Origin: Candidatus Sumerlaeota bacterium
GTDB lineage: Bacteria; Sumerlaeota; Sumerlaeia; Sumerlaeales; Sumerlaeaceae
Direction: 5' to 3'
Assembly: GCA_012513815.1 (NCBI GenBank)
Contig: JAAZBM010000014.1
Coordinates: 376,568-440,567, forward strand
DNA: 64,000 bases
Position 1 is the first letter of the stretch; each line of letters opens with the position of its first letter. The notes beneath the pieces are model-generated. The model was not told where the DNA came from, did not search any database, and worked only from the letters and a program-made list of their open reading frames with translations. Made by a program: the position numbers and the translations under genes. This document shows, in pieces, positions 9,868-18,994 of the stretch.

Positions 9868-10677
9868 ATGCCGACTTTTCAAATCATTGTCTGCGCGGGG
9901 ATCGTTCCCGAACCATTGCAAACTCTCGAACCGGTCGAAAATGCCGGGAAATACGCACTCAAGAACGAAGCGATGCTGCCGATGATTATCGACCCGTGGG
10001 GAATGCACGCACTCTACGAAGCTGCTCACTTGTCGAAGACTTACCCCGGATCAAAAATCTACCTCGTTGTCGCTGCTCCCAAAGGCAAACTTCAACAGGT
10101 CATGATGACAATCGCGCAAAAAGTGCCCTTTGAACTCATCGCCATTGACACACCTGCCGGAGGATTTACCGAAGCTTACGAAGTCGCCAAGGCACTCGAA
10201 CAGGCAATCAAATCCATTCCCGCGCTCGACATGAGCCAAACACTGCTCTTTGGCGGATGGGAAAGCGCCTCACGTTGCTCCGGCGCGACGATGCAAATGC
10301 TAGGCGAAATGCTCGGCATTACAGAGCAATTCCAAGGCGTAGACACATTAACGGTCAAAGAAGACGGCTCGTTTGAAATCATGGAACGTGTCGAAGGAGG
10401 ACTTCACCAAAAAAGCACCTTCGACAAACTACCCGCCGTTCTGGGTTGGGCAACAGGTGACCTGCCCGAGCCTCCGAATAATCCGCAAATCGGAATGATG
10501 AATATGCGTGGAATCATGCCGTCCATCATGAAAGCGAAAAAAGAAGACTTGCCCAATGAAGGCATAGAACTCAAATCATGCGAAGTCCCCAAAGCTCTGA
10601 GGGAAACGAAAATCGTTGACAATATGACCGAAGAAATGATTGCCAATGAAATCTTTACATGGATTAAAAAGGACTAA
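9868..10677 (+). CDS. etfB: Electron transfer flavoprotein beta-subunit-like (FixA/EtfB family)
   Basis: N-terminus MPTFQIIVCAGIVPEP resembles the ETF-beta MKILVCIKQVPD start, on an adenine-nucleotide alpha-hydrolase-like fold. Confidence 0.65.
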   Translation: MPTFQIIVCAGIVPEPLQTLEPVENAGKYALKNEAMLPMIIDPWGMHALYEAAHLSKTYPGSKIYLVVAAPKGKLQQVMMTIAQKVPFELIAIDTPAGGFTEAYEVAKALEQAIKSIPALDMSQTLLFGGWESASRCSGATMQMLGEMLGITEQFQGVDTLTVKEDGSFEIMERVEGGLHQKSTFDKLPAVLGWATGDLPEPPNNPQIGMMNMRGIMPSIMKAKKEDLPNEGIELKSCEVPKALRETKIVDNMTEEMIANEIFTWIKKD

Positions 10678-10679
10678 TA

Positions 10680-11699
10680 ATGGAAAGAATACTTTGCCTT
10701 TTACATACTCAATCTGACGGAACACTGTCCCAACTTGCTTTGGAAACATTAACAGTATCCTCCACGACGGCGGCACAGCTTCCCGACGCAGTCCTCCTTG
10801 TTGGCATACTCGGCACAGCCACACAACAAGCCGCCACACAAATCGGCTCATGCGGCGCAAATCAATTCTTTATCGCCGAAGACCCGGCACTCGAGAAGGG
10901 GTCCTACCACAACGACACAAACGCCGCCGAAGCAATCGCCAAAGCAGCCCAAGCGACCATCATCTTCGCACCGGCAGACTCCCGATTCAACAGAATGATT
11001 TCCGGCATGGCGATCCGCCTCAACGGCCGCGCCGACACACATGCAGTCGCTGTCGCGGCGGACAATGGGACGTTGACGATTTCCCGTTGGTACTATCGCC
11101 AAAGAATCATCGCGCAGCAAACACGACAACAACGCCCTTGGGTTATTTCGATTGAATCGGATACCGCTGCCCCATGGAAGGGCGACAGCAAAACCGTTGA
11201 CGCAACGACCGTCTCATTCGCCGTCGACGCAAACACGAAAGTCATCGGCACAATCGCACCTGAAAACACAGTTCAGACGATTAAGCCCGACTCGCCCCTG
11301 CTCTTTGTCGCGGGCGCCGGGTGGTGCAAGAAACAATCCGACGGACAGACACATCTGCTCGAAGCGGAATCGCTCATTTTGGATTTTGTCAACAGAAGCG
11401 GAGCCTCGCTCGGAAGCTCGAAGTCCCTTGTCGACCAAAACAGCGAAGGCGAAGCGGTCCTCGGATGCCTCACGCACATGAACCAAGTCGGGCAAACCGG
11501 CAGCACACCGCGCCACCCAAAAGGCTTGGCAACTTGCTGCCATGGCGAAGAACCGCACACTGTCGGATGGCGCTTCATCACACAGCGACGAGCCATCAAC
11601 ACAGATGCGAACTGCGGATGGGCGCGAGGCAAAACGGATGTCCTATACGTGGCAGATGCATTTAAAGTCATGAAAATCCTTAACGATTTATTGAAATAG
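10680..11699 (+). CDS. etfA: Electron transfer flavoprotein alpha-subunit-like, divergent
   Basis: Placed immediately after etfB. The C-terminal segment aligns loosely to the ETF-alpha FAD-binding region, but the canonical motif is degenerate. Confidence 0.5.
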   Translation: MERILCLLHTQSDGTLSQLALETLTVSSTTAAQLPDAVLLVGILGTATQQAATQIGSCGANQFFIAEDPALEKGSYHNDTNAAEAIAKAAQATIIFAPADSRFNRMISGMAIRLNGRADTHAVAVAADNGTLTISRWYYRQRIIAQQTRQQRPWVISIESDTAAPWKGDSKTVDATTVSFAVDANTKVIGTIAPENTVQTIKPDSPLLFVAGAGWCKKQSDGQTHLLEAESLILDFVNRSGASLGSSKSLVDQNSEGEAVLGCLTHMNQVGQTGSTPRHPKGLATCCHGEEPHTVGWRFITQRRAINTDANCGWARGKTDVLYVADAFKVMKILNDLLK

Positions 11700-11925
11700 T
11701 TTTTCAATTTGTAAATCGAGCCAAACGAAGCATTTTTGTCCTATACTAACGAATAGGAGATAAATGAAACTTGTTAAAATCTAATAACCAAAAACACACG
11801 CAATCTGAGGTCAAGTAACATATTATTGCTCACGATTTTCTGGAAATCAGGTATCATAATATATATAATGAAAAAATCAACCAGATTAGCTACCATGACT
11901 GAATTAATACTTGCGTTGATGTGCT

Positions 11926-13722
11926 TTGTCGGCAGACACAAGGAGAAGTCAGGAATTGCGTAGACATCGATTCGACAACGAGTATTCCGAACTGTTTTCT
12001 CTTGGACAGAAACAAGGTCATGTGACCATGGACGACATTGATAAAGCAATGGCCCATGCCCCATCCGCCCAAGAGCTAGAATCCGTTTTGGAACTCCTGA
12101 GCGCTCGGAACATCGAAGTCATGGAAGAACTCGATAAGGACGAATCTGATTTCCAAAGAGAGACAAAACAAGTTATCGATGACAGAAACACTCTCCTTAA
12201 TCCTGACGATGACGACAAGGATAAAAAGGTTAACGACGACTCGGTACGTTCCTATCTCGCAGACATGGGCAAAGTACCAATGTTAACCCCCGAGGAAGAG
12301 AACGCCCTCGCCCAAGAAATCGAAAAAGGAAGAAACACTGTTCTTAAGGCTCTCTCCGGAACAATTTTGGTCGGTCAGGAGTTCCGGATTATCCTCAAAA
12401 AAATCGAAGAGAAAAAAATCACGCTCAACGAGATTCTCAGACGTCACGCTGATGACTCAGATTCAAAATCATGGAAGGCAATCTTCGAAGAAGTACAAAC
12501 CGCTTTCACGGCAATCAGTCAGGCCTACGATAACATTGGACGAGCGCTTGAAACAATCTCCATGACTGATGTGCCTGAGGAAATAGCAAAAGCGAAGAAG
12601 TCTATCGAATCGCAGAAGAAGAAAATATACAAACTGTTCATCAAAACAGACTTGAGTTTCAACATCACTCAACTTATCGCAAAAGGAGTCAAGCAAACCT
12701 TCAAAGACATGGAGGTTCTGCAGACTGAAATTCAGACAATTCTCGCAAAAATAGCACTCCCCGAAGTTGAAATCCGCAGACTTGTCAAGATGACCCGCAA
12801 AAACTCACCTGAAGCTGATGCCCTGAAAAAGGAACGGGGATTTTCGCTCGAAGATTTAATCGAAGACGACAAGTGTCTGCGCAAAATGCACAAAACCATG
12901 GCGAAGTACGAGAGAACGGTCGGGAATTCTTTCGAAGAATTTGCCGAACTTATCCGTGAAATCGACGAGGGAGAGCGCAAAGCGAATCGTGCCAAGAGCA
13001 AAATAGTCGAATCGAATTTGCGGTTGGTCGTGTCGATCGCAAAAAAGTATACGAACAGAGGATTGCAGTTCCTTGACCTCATCCAAGACGGAAATATCGG
13101 GCTTATGCGCGCCGTCGACAAATTCGAGCACAACCGCGGATTCCATTTTTCGACATACGCCTCGTGGTGGATTAAACAGGCCATCGCAAGAGCAATTGCA
13201 GACCAAGCGCGCACCATTCGCATCCCGGTACACATGGTCGAAACCATCAACCGTCTCTCGAGAATCCACAGGGATTTGGTTCAGGAACTCCACAGGGAAC
13301 CCACCAACGAAGAACTGGCTGACAAAGCCGGATACAGTATCGAAAAGGTCAACAAGATTTTTCGGGCGGCACAAACGCCAATCTCGATTGAATCGCCTAT
13401 TGGCAACGAAGGCGAATCCACTGTCGTCGACCTCATCCAAGACCCTGACGCGGTCAGCCCGGTATCGCTCGCGGCGAATCTCTTGAGAACCGAACGAATC
13501 AACGAGGTGTTCAAAACACTGACGGAACGCGAAGCAAAAGTCCTGCGCCTGAGATTCGGTATCGGCAACAACGGTGTTCAACGCACACTTGAAGAAGTCG
13601 GCACAATCTTCAATGTCACACGTGAACGTGTCCGCCAGATTGAAACCAAAGCACTGCTGAAACTGCGGCATCCGGCACGGCGTGCCAAACTTGTCGATCT
13701 TTTGAACGAAGATAATGACTAA
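11926..13722 (+). CDS. rpoD: RNA polymerase sigma-70 factor RpoD
   Basis: Region 2 [27 protein letters not shown], region 3, and the region 4 HTH. Apparent TTG start with an acidic N-terminal region 1. Confidence 0.9.
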   Translation: MSADTRRSQELRRHRFDNEYSELFSLGQKQGHVTMDDIDKAMAHAPSAQELESVLELLSARNIEVMEELDKDESDFQRETKQVIDDRNTLLNPDDDDKDKKVNDDSVRSYLADMGKVPMLTPEEENALAQEIEKGRNTVLKALSGTILVGQEFRIILKKIEEKKITLNEILRRHADDSDSKSWKAIFEEVQTAFTAISQAYDNIGRALETISMTDVPEEIAKAKKSIESQKKKIYKLFIKTDLSFNITQLIAKGVKQTFKDMEVLQTEIQTILAKIALPEVEIRRLVKMTRKNSPEADALKKERGFSLEDLIEDDKCLRKMHKTMAKYERTVGNSFEEFAELIREIDEGERKANRAKSKIVESNLRLVVSIAKKYTNRGLQFLDLIQDGNIGLMRAVDKFEHNRGFHFSTYASWWIKQAIARAIADQARTIRIPVHMVETINRLSRIHRDLVQELHREPTNEELADKAGYSIEKVNKIFRAAQTPISIESPIGNEGESTVVDLIQDPDAVSPVSLAANLLRTERINEVFKTLTEREAKVLRLRFGIGNNGVQRTLEEVGTIFNVTRERVRQIETKALLKLRHPARRAKLVDLLNEDND

Positions 13723-13749
13723 ACACAATAACTCAGAAATCGGACAATC

Positions 13750-14493
13750 ATGAACTCTTTTACGCTTATCCCCGCTATTGACATAATGGACGGGCAATGC
13801 GTCCGCCTCCAACAAGGAGATGCCCAACGACGCACAAATTATCCCGATGCCCCGGCGGTAGTCGCTCAAGCCTTCCAGAAGGAAGGCGCAAGTCGGTTGC
13901 ACATCGTTGACCTTGACGGCGCATTTGCGGGCAAACCGGCCAATCTGGCGACCATCAAATCCATCCGCGACGCAGTCACCATCACTGTCGAAGTGGGCGG
14001 CGGCATCAGAACCGAAGAGGACATCAAAAACTACCTCGACATTGGCGTTGACCATGTGATTATCGGAACGCGCGCACTCGAAGACAAACGCTTCCTCGGC
14101 GAGATGGTGCGCAAATTCGGAGCGTCCAAAATCATTATTGGCGCGGATGCGCGCAACGGATATCTCTCCACAAGAGGATGGACATCGGACTCCAAGATTC
14201 TGGCCATCCCATTCTTGCAGGAAGTCGTCGCTCAGACGGGCGTCGGCACGGTTATTTTCACTGACATAGCACGAGACGGCATGTTCAACTCGCCTAACTT
14301 TGACGCACTCGAAAAGGTCTGCGGCATCGGAAATCTCCAAGTTATTGCCTCCGGAGGTGTAGGTAGTGATAAAGACATTCGTTCTTTGATTCAACTCAAG
14401 CAGCCTAATTTGATTGGAGCAATCGTCGGAAAGGCCATTCATGACGGCAGATTATCTCTGCATGACGCTCTGAAAGCTGCAAACAACATATAA
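13750..14493 (+). CDS. hisA: 1-(5-phosphoribosyl)-5-[(5-phosphoribosylamino)methylideneamino]imidazole-4-carboxamide isomerase
   Basis: LIPAIDIMDGQCVRLQQGD and a HisA/HisF TIM-barrel signature. Confidence 0.9.
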   Translation: MNSFTLIPAIDIMDGQCVRLQQGDAQRRTNYPDAPAVVAQAFQKEGASRLHIVDLDGAFAGKPANLATIKSIRDAVTITVEVGGGIRTEEDIKNYLDIGVDHVIIGTRALEDKRFLGEMVRKFGASKIIIGADARNGYLSTRGWTSDSKILAIPFLQEVVAQTGVGTVIFTDIARDGMFNSPNFDALEKVCGIGNLQVIASGGVGSDKDIRSLIQLKQPNLIGAIVGKAIHDGRLSLHDALKAANNI

Positions 14494-14508
14494 AGAAAGG
14501 GTAGAATA

Positions 14509-14826
14509 ATGGCTAACGCATTTACTGACAACAATTTTAAGGCAGAAGTCCTCGAAGTAAAAGGACTTGTTCTCGTCGACTTTTGGGCAACATGGTGCGG
14601 ACCTTGCATGATGCTGTCTCCCATTATTGACGCACTGGCACAGGAATACGAAGGGAAAATCAAAGTCGGAAAAGTCGATGTCGACCAGAATTCCGATGTT
14701 GCGACCGCCTATGGTATCTCATCGATTCCATGCCTGTTACTTTTCAAGGATGGTGAACTTATCGACAGAAAAGTCGGAGCCGCACCAAAAGCTCAACTTA
14801 AAATCTGGCTTGATAGCAAACTCTAA
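14509..14826 (+). CDS. trxA: Thioredoxin
   Basis: [13 protein letters not shown] active site (CGPC). Confidence 0.9.
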   Translation: MANAFTDNNFKAEVLEVKGLVLVDFWATWCGPCMMLSPIIDALAQEYEGKIKVGKVDVDQNSDVATAYGISSIPCLLLFKDGELIDRKVGAAPKAQLKIWLDSKL

Positions 14827-14858
14827 ACAACACATTTAGTCTTCAAGAGGTATTAATT

Positions 14859-15638
14859 ATGCTTACCAAACGTGTTATACCCTGTCTCGATGTCAAAGAC
14901 GGTCGAGTCGTCAAAGGTGTCAATTTTGTTAATCTCATCGACGCGGGCGACCCCGTCGCTTGTGCGAAAGCATATGACGCGGCCGGCGCTGATGAACTCG
15001 TGTTCCTCGACATTGCCGCAACCAACGAAGGACGTGGCACCACAATCGAAATGGTGCGCAAAACAACTGCCGAAGTGTTTATCCCGGTCACGGTGGGCGG
15101 CGGAATTCGCAACATCAGCGACATAACGGAAATTCTGCGAGCCGGAGCCGACAAAGTCTCGCTCAATACGGTGGCGGTGGAAAACCCCGAAATCGTCAAG
15201 GAAGCATCACAACGCTTTGGCAGCCAGTGTATCGTTGTTGCCATCGACGGCAAACGCGCTGAGCCGGGCAAGGAATTCGCCTACGAAGTCTACACCCATG
15301 GCGGACAAAAAGCCCGTAATATCGATGCGGTTGCATGGACACAAAAAATGGAAAAATACGGAGCCGGCGAAATCCTCCTCACCAGTATGGATCGCGACGG
15401 AACAAAAATCGGCTACGACTTGGAGATGACAGCAGCCATCTCGGAAGCGGTTGGGATTCCCGTCATCGCGTCCGGCGGCGTAGGAAGCTTGCAGGACTTC
15501 GTTGACGGCATCAAAATCGGCAAAGCCGACGCTGTACTCGCGGCATCCATTTTCCACTTTGGAACCTTTACCGTTCAGCAAGTCAAGGACTACATGGCGA
15601 ACGCAGGCATCCCGGTACGCACCAAAAAGCAAAAGTGA
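14859..15638 (+). CDS. hisF: Imidazole glycerol phosphate synthase cyclase subunit
   Basis: [23 protein letters not shown] and the HisF barrel. Confidence 0.9.
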   Translation: MLTKRVIPCLDVKDGRVVKGVNFVNLIDAGDPVACAKAYDAAGADELVFLDIAATNEGRGTTIEMVRKTTAEVFIPVTVGGGIRNISDITEILRAGADKVSLNTVAVENPEIVKEASQRFGSQCIVVAIDGKRAEPGKEFAYEVYTHGGQKARNIDAVAWTQKMEKYGAGEILLTSMDRDGTKIGYDLEMTAAISEAVGIPVIASGGVGSLQDFVDGIKIGKADAVLAASIFHFGTFTVQQVKDYMANAGIPVRTKKQK

Positions 15639-15647
15639 TTGCGGAAT

Positions 15648-15896
15648 ATGATTACTGAAATCAAGATGCCCGCACTCAGCGATGCGATGACGCATGGTAA
15701 ACTCCTGTGTTATCTGGTGCAGTTGGGTCAAACGGTCACAAAAGGACAACCTGTCGCCGAAGTCGAAGCTGACAAGGCAAACATTGAAATCGAAGCACCG
15801 GCGGACGGCAAAATCGTCCGTCTCTGCGCCTCTGTCGACGAAGTGGTGCCGGTGAACAACACCCTAATCCAAATCGAATCCCAACAGAAATCCTGA
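15648..15896 (+). CDS. Stand-alone lipoyl-carrier (biotinyl/lipoyl attachment) domain protein
   Basis: E2-type lipoyl domain: IKMPALSDAMTHG ... VEADKANIEIEAP (lipoyl-lysine motif). Only ~83 aa, with no E2 catalytic domain. Confidence 0.7.
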   Translation: MITEIKMPALSDAMTHGKLLCYLVQLGQTVTKGQPVAEVEADKANIEIEAPADGKIVRLCASVDEVVPVNNTLIQIESQQKS

Positions 15897-16005
15897 TTGA
15901 CTAACGAACGGCGAGTGCTAAATGGCATGACAAAACAGTTTTGCAAAGGACAATGATACTGCGGTGACGCACATATCGCCAACATTGTTAAGACTTAGCA
16001 TTCCA

Positions 16006-17385
16006 ATGGCTATGGGCTTATTTACGCCGGAAATGATCGACAACAAACGCTTCGATCTCATCGTCATTGGTGGCGGACATGCAGGCTGTACTCTTGCGTC
16101 CGATGCAGCCGAAGCCGGGCTTAGAACCGCATTAATCGAGGGGAGCAGCAACGGCCTCGGAGGAGCAGCAACACACGAGACTACAATCCCTGTACATAAT
16201 ATGATTGCCGACCTCTTCACCTATGACCACGCAATCGTCAGCCGCGAACAACCGCAGGCGTATCACAAATGGCTCGTGGACGATTTGACCAAGAAAAAGG
16301 TGACTCTCATAAAGGCGTGGGGACAGATTTCTGCCGTCGACGAAGTGCTCATGGTCAACACGAAAACCGGTATGAGTGAGGGAGCGATACACGGGCACAA
16401 TATTGTTATCGCAACCGGAACAGCGCCCGCACTGACAGCCGACTTGGCAATAACAGACTCGCGAATTGTCCGAATACCGGCTGCCATCGCAACGATTCCG
16501 ACCCACTCACCACGCAGCATTCTCGTCTACGGGTGTAACCAAACCGCAATTGAATGCGCAACAATTCTTGCCGCGCAAAAACACCAAGTGATTCTTTGTT
16601 CTGAATCGGAAGTTATCCTCCCAGATGCGCCGCAGCCCATCCAAGAAATTGCCCTCTCACTTCTCGAACGTCTCGGAATTCGTCTGTGCATGGATATCTT
16701 CAGCCTCACGCTCACCGACACAAACACCGACAGCATCGTCTTGGAGTTGGAGAATGCCGCCTACACCGAAACGGTCATGATTCATCATCTGATTGACTGC
16801 GGAGGACGGCGCTGCGCTAGCGAGAATCTCTGCTCTCGTGAGCTTGGCATTCGCGTTGCATCCGGCGACCAACGCATCGTCATTGATGCGCTCTGTCGGA
16901 CCTCCGCCAAAAGAATTTTCGCTCTGGGAAGCGTCACGAACTCTGAGATGACACCCGACACCGCACAACAATCTGCCCACGCGTTAGCCTCATTCCTGTC
17001 CGGGGAAACGCAAGGCTGCCCAAACTTGGTTGAAACGCCGCAAACGCAAACGCTGTGGCTCAACGAACCAATCGCATGGGTCGGCATGGATTGCACTCAG
17101 GCACTGGTAAACGGTCACATAAACGCAGTGGAAGGATTTGTCAATCTGACAAATGAATTCTCCACGCCGCAACGCACCGGATTGCTCTCCATGACCATCG
17201 ACTTGGCGACCGGAAAAATCCTCGGGGCCTATGCGTTGGGACATGCGTCCGAGACTCTTATACGCCTCGTACAATCGCTCATGCGATTCGAAATCAACGC
17301 CGCCACACTGGCTCAGGGAGCATGGGACCCAGCCATAACCGCAGCCGTCAGAGACGCACTGAATCGGGGCGACAAACAAGAATGA
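16006..17385 (+). CDS. Dihydrolipoamide dehydrogenase (E3) homologue, predicted catalytically inactive
   Basis: FAD-binding DLIVIGGGHAG is present. The redox disulfide motif GGxCLNxGCIPSK is replaced by GGAATHETTIP, so both Cys are lost. The second GxGxxG is degenerate (YGCNQTA). C-terminal HAHPTLHE is reduced to HASETL. Confidence 0.7.
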   Translation: MAMGLFTPEMIDNKRFDLIVIGGGHAGCTLASDAAEAGLRTALIEGSSNGLGGAATHETTIPVHNMIADLFTYDHAIVSREQPQAYHKWLVDDLTKKKVTLIKAWGQISAVDEVLMVNTKTGMSEGAIHGHNIVIATGTAPALTADLAITDSRIVRIPAAIATIPTHSPRSILVYGCNQTAIECATILAAQKHQVILCSESEVILPDAPQPIQEIALSLLERLGIRLCMDIFSLTLTDTNTDSIVLELENAAYTETVMIHHLIDCGGRRCASENLCSRELGIRVASGDQRIVIDALCRTSAKRIFALGSVTNSEMTPDTAQQSAHALASFLSGETQGCPNLVETPQTQTLWLNEPIAWVGMDCTQALVNGHINAVEGFVNLTNEFSTPQRTGLLSMTIDLATGKILGAYALGHASETLIRLVQSLMRFEINAATLAQGAWDPAITAAVRDALNRGDKQE

Positions 17386-18047
17386 TTATTGAAAGCGTAT
17401 GGTGGGGAAGAACGCAATACATGGACGCATTGGTGCAAATGAACCAAATGCAGGCCGATGTCATCGCGGGCAAGTGTCCAAGCACAATCATCTATACCGA
17501 ACACAACCCGGTCATTACGTGCGGGCGTAACACTCCCCCAAACCAGATTTTCTCAAAATCGATTCCAACCGTCGAAGTCAATCGAGGAGGCCTCGCGACA
17601 TGGCACGGCCCCGGACAGCTCATCGCCTACCCGGTCATCAACCTTCGCAAAGTAACGCAAAACAACATCGACCTCCACGGGTTTCTCAGAAATATTGAAC
17701 TCGGAATCATTGCGTTTTTATCAGAGCAGTTTAGCATCCGAGCCAAGCAAAGACCGCAATTCACCGGCGTCTGGATTGACACCGACGCCCCCGTGCAACG
17801 CAAAATCGCCTCCATCGGCATATCCGTTCGCCGCTTCGTCACCGCTCACGGACTGGCGCTCAACATTAACCCCTCAATGGAAGCATTCGAGAACATCATC
17901 CCCTGCGGACTTACGGGAATTCAAATGACATCGGTCGCCCAAGAAATCGGTACAACGACGGCCGCGACAACATCACTTGACCTTGAAAAGCTCTACCCTA
18001 CACTACATCAATCACTACTGAGAACTATCATCCACAATGACAACTGA
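17382..18047 (+). CDS. lipB: Octanoyltransferase (lipoyl(octanoyl) transferase)
   Basis: LipB family (MIIESVWWGRTQYMDALVQM ... RGGLATWHGPGQL). ATGA overlap with the upstream E3-like gene. Confidence 0.85.
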   Translation: MIIESVWWGRTQYMDALVQMNQMQADVIAGKCPSTIIYTEHNPVITCGRNTPPNQIFSKSIPTVEVNRGGLATWHGPGQLIAYPVINLRKVTQNNIDLHGFLRNIELGIIAFLSEQFSIRAKQRPQFTGVWIDTDAPVQRKIASIGISVRRFVTAHGLALNINPSMEAFENIIPCGLTGIQMTSVAQEIGTTTAATTSLDLEKLYPTLHQSLLRTIIHNDN

Positions 18048-18921
18048 GAATAACGCAAACAACACGCAAGCCCAAGGCAAGTTTCCCAGATGGCTCAAGG
18101 CAGTCATGCCGGACGGAGAGACATACCACAATACGGCGGGCATCCTTAAAAACCACGGACTGGTCACCGTCTGTCAGGAAGCGCGATGCCCTAACATCGG
18201 TGAATGCTGGCGCAGACAGACCGCGACGTTCATGATTCTGGGAGAATGCTGCACCCGCCACTGCCGTTTCTGCGCCATCACGCAGAACCAAAAACCATTG
18301 CCTCCGGACCCAACCGAACCAGAGCGCATTGCGAATGCGGTTCGCGATATGAAGTTGACCTATGTCGTCATGACATCCGTCACCCGAGACGACTTGCCTG
18401 ATGGCGGAGCAAAGCATTTTGTGGACTGCACTAACGCCATCAAAAGCGCCACACAACAGGCCAAAGTCGAAGTCCTGACGCCAGACTTTATGGGCAACAA
18501 ACAAGCAATACAAATAGTTGCGGCATCACCCATTTTCGTGTTTAATCACAACATCGAAATGGTCAGTCGCCTCTACAAACAACTTCGCCCCGAGGCCGAT
18601 TATCGCCGTTCGCTCGAAGTTCTCCGCTACGCGAAAACCATCAATCCCGAAATCATCACAAAATCGGGGTTTATGCTTGGCTTAGGCGAAGAGATTTCCG
18701 AAGTTGAGCTACTTATGGCTGACCTACGTGAGGCCGGAGTTACTCACCTCACCATCGGCCAATATCTCTGCGCCAAAGAAGGACGGGCGCCGGTTGCGAG
18801 ATATGTTCATCCCGACGAGTTCACAATGCTCAGGCAGAAAGCCCTTGATATTGGATTCATCTATGTCGACAGTGCCCCACTGGCCAGAAGTTCATATCAC
18901 GCCGAACGGCAGCTACAATGA
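18037..18921 (+). CDS. lipA: Lipoyl synthase
   Basis: Radical-SAM CxxxCxxC (CTRHCRFCAI) plus the N-terminal Cys cluster CPNIGECW. Overlaps the lipB stop. Confidence 0.9.
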   Translation: MTTENNANNTQAQGKFPRWLKAVMPDGETYHNTAGILKNHGLVTVCQEARCPNIGECWRRQTATFMILGECCTRHCRFCAITQNQKPLPPDPTEPERIANAVRDMKLTYVVMTSVTRDDLPDGGAKHFVDCTNAIKSATQQAKVEVLTPDFMGNKQAIQIVAASPIFVFNHNIEMVSRLYKQLRPEADYRRSLEVLRYAKTINPEIITKSGFMLGLGEEISEVELLMADLREAGVTHLTIGQYLCAKEGRAPVARYVHPDEFTMLRQKALDIGFIYVDSAPLARSSYHAERQLQ

Positions 18922-18994
18922 ATATACCGCATCCCGTCTGTAGCAAATTATATGCAGTATACAACTGCGCCCGCAATGAGATGAGTAAAGTGGA

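Noticed and set aside
12856-14442. Long antisense ORFs: 528-aa minus-strand ORF across rpoD/hisA, plus 19784-20560(-), 21191-21877(-), 36199-37002(-), 39346-40161(-), 44527-45441(+), 45769-46245(+), 49387-50160(+), 55967-56824(+)
   Set aside because: Each lies antisense to a gene with strong, motif-level identification. These are typical spurious ORFs in GC-rich or repetitive coding sequence.
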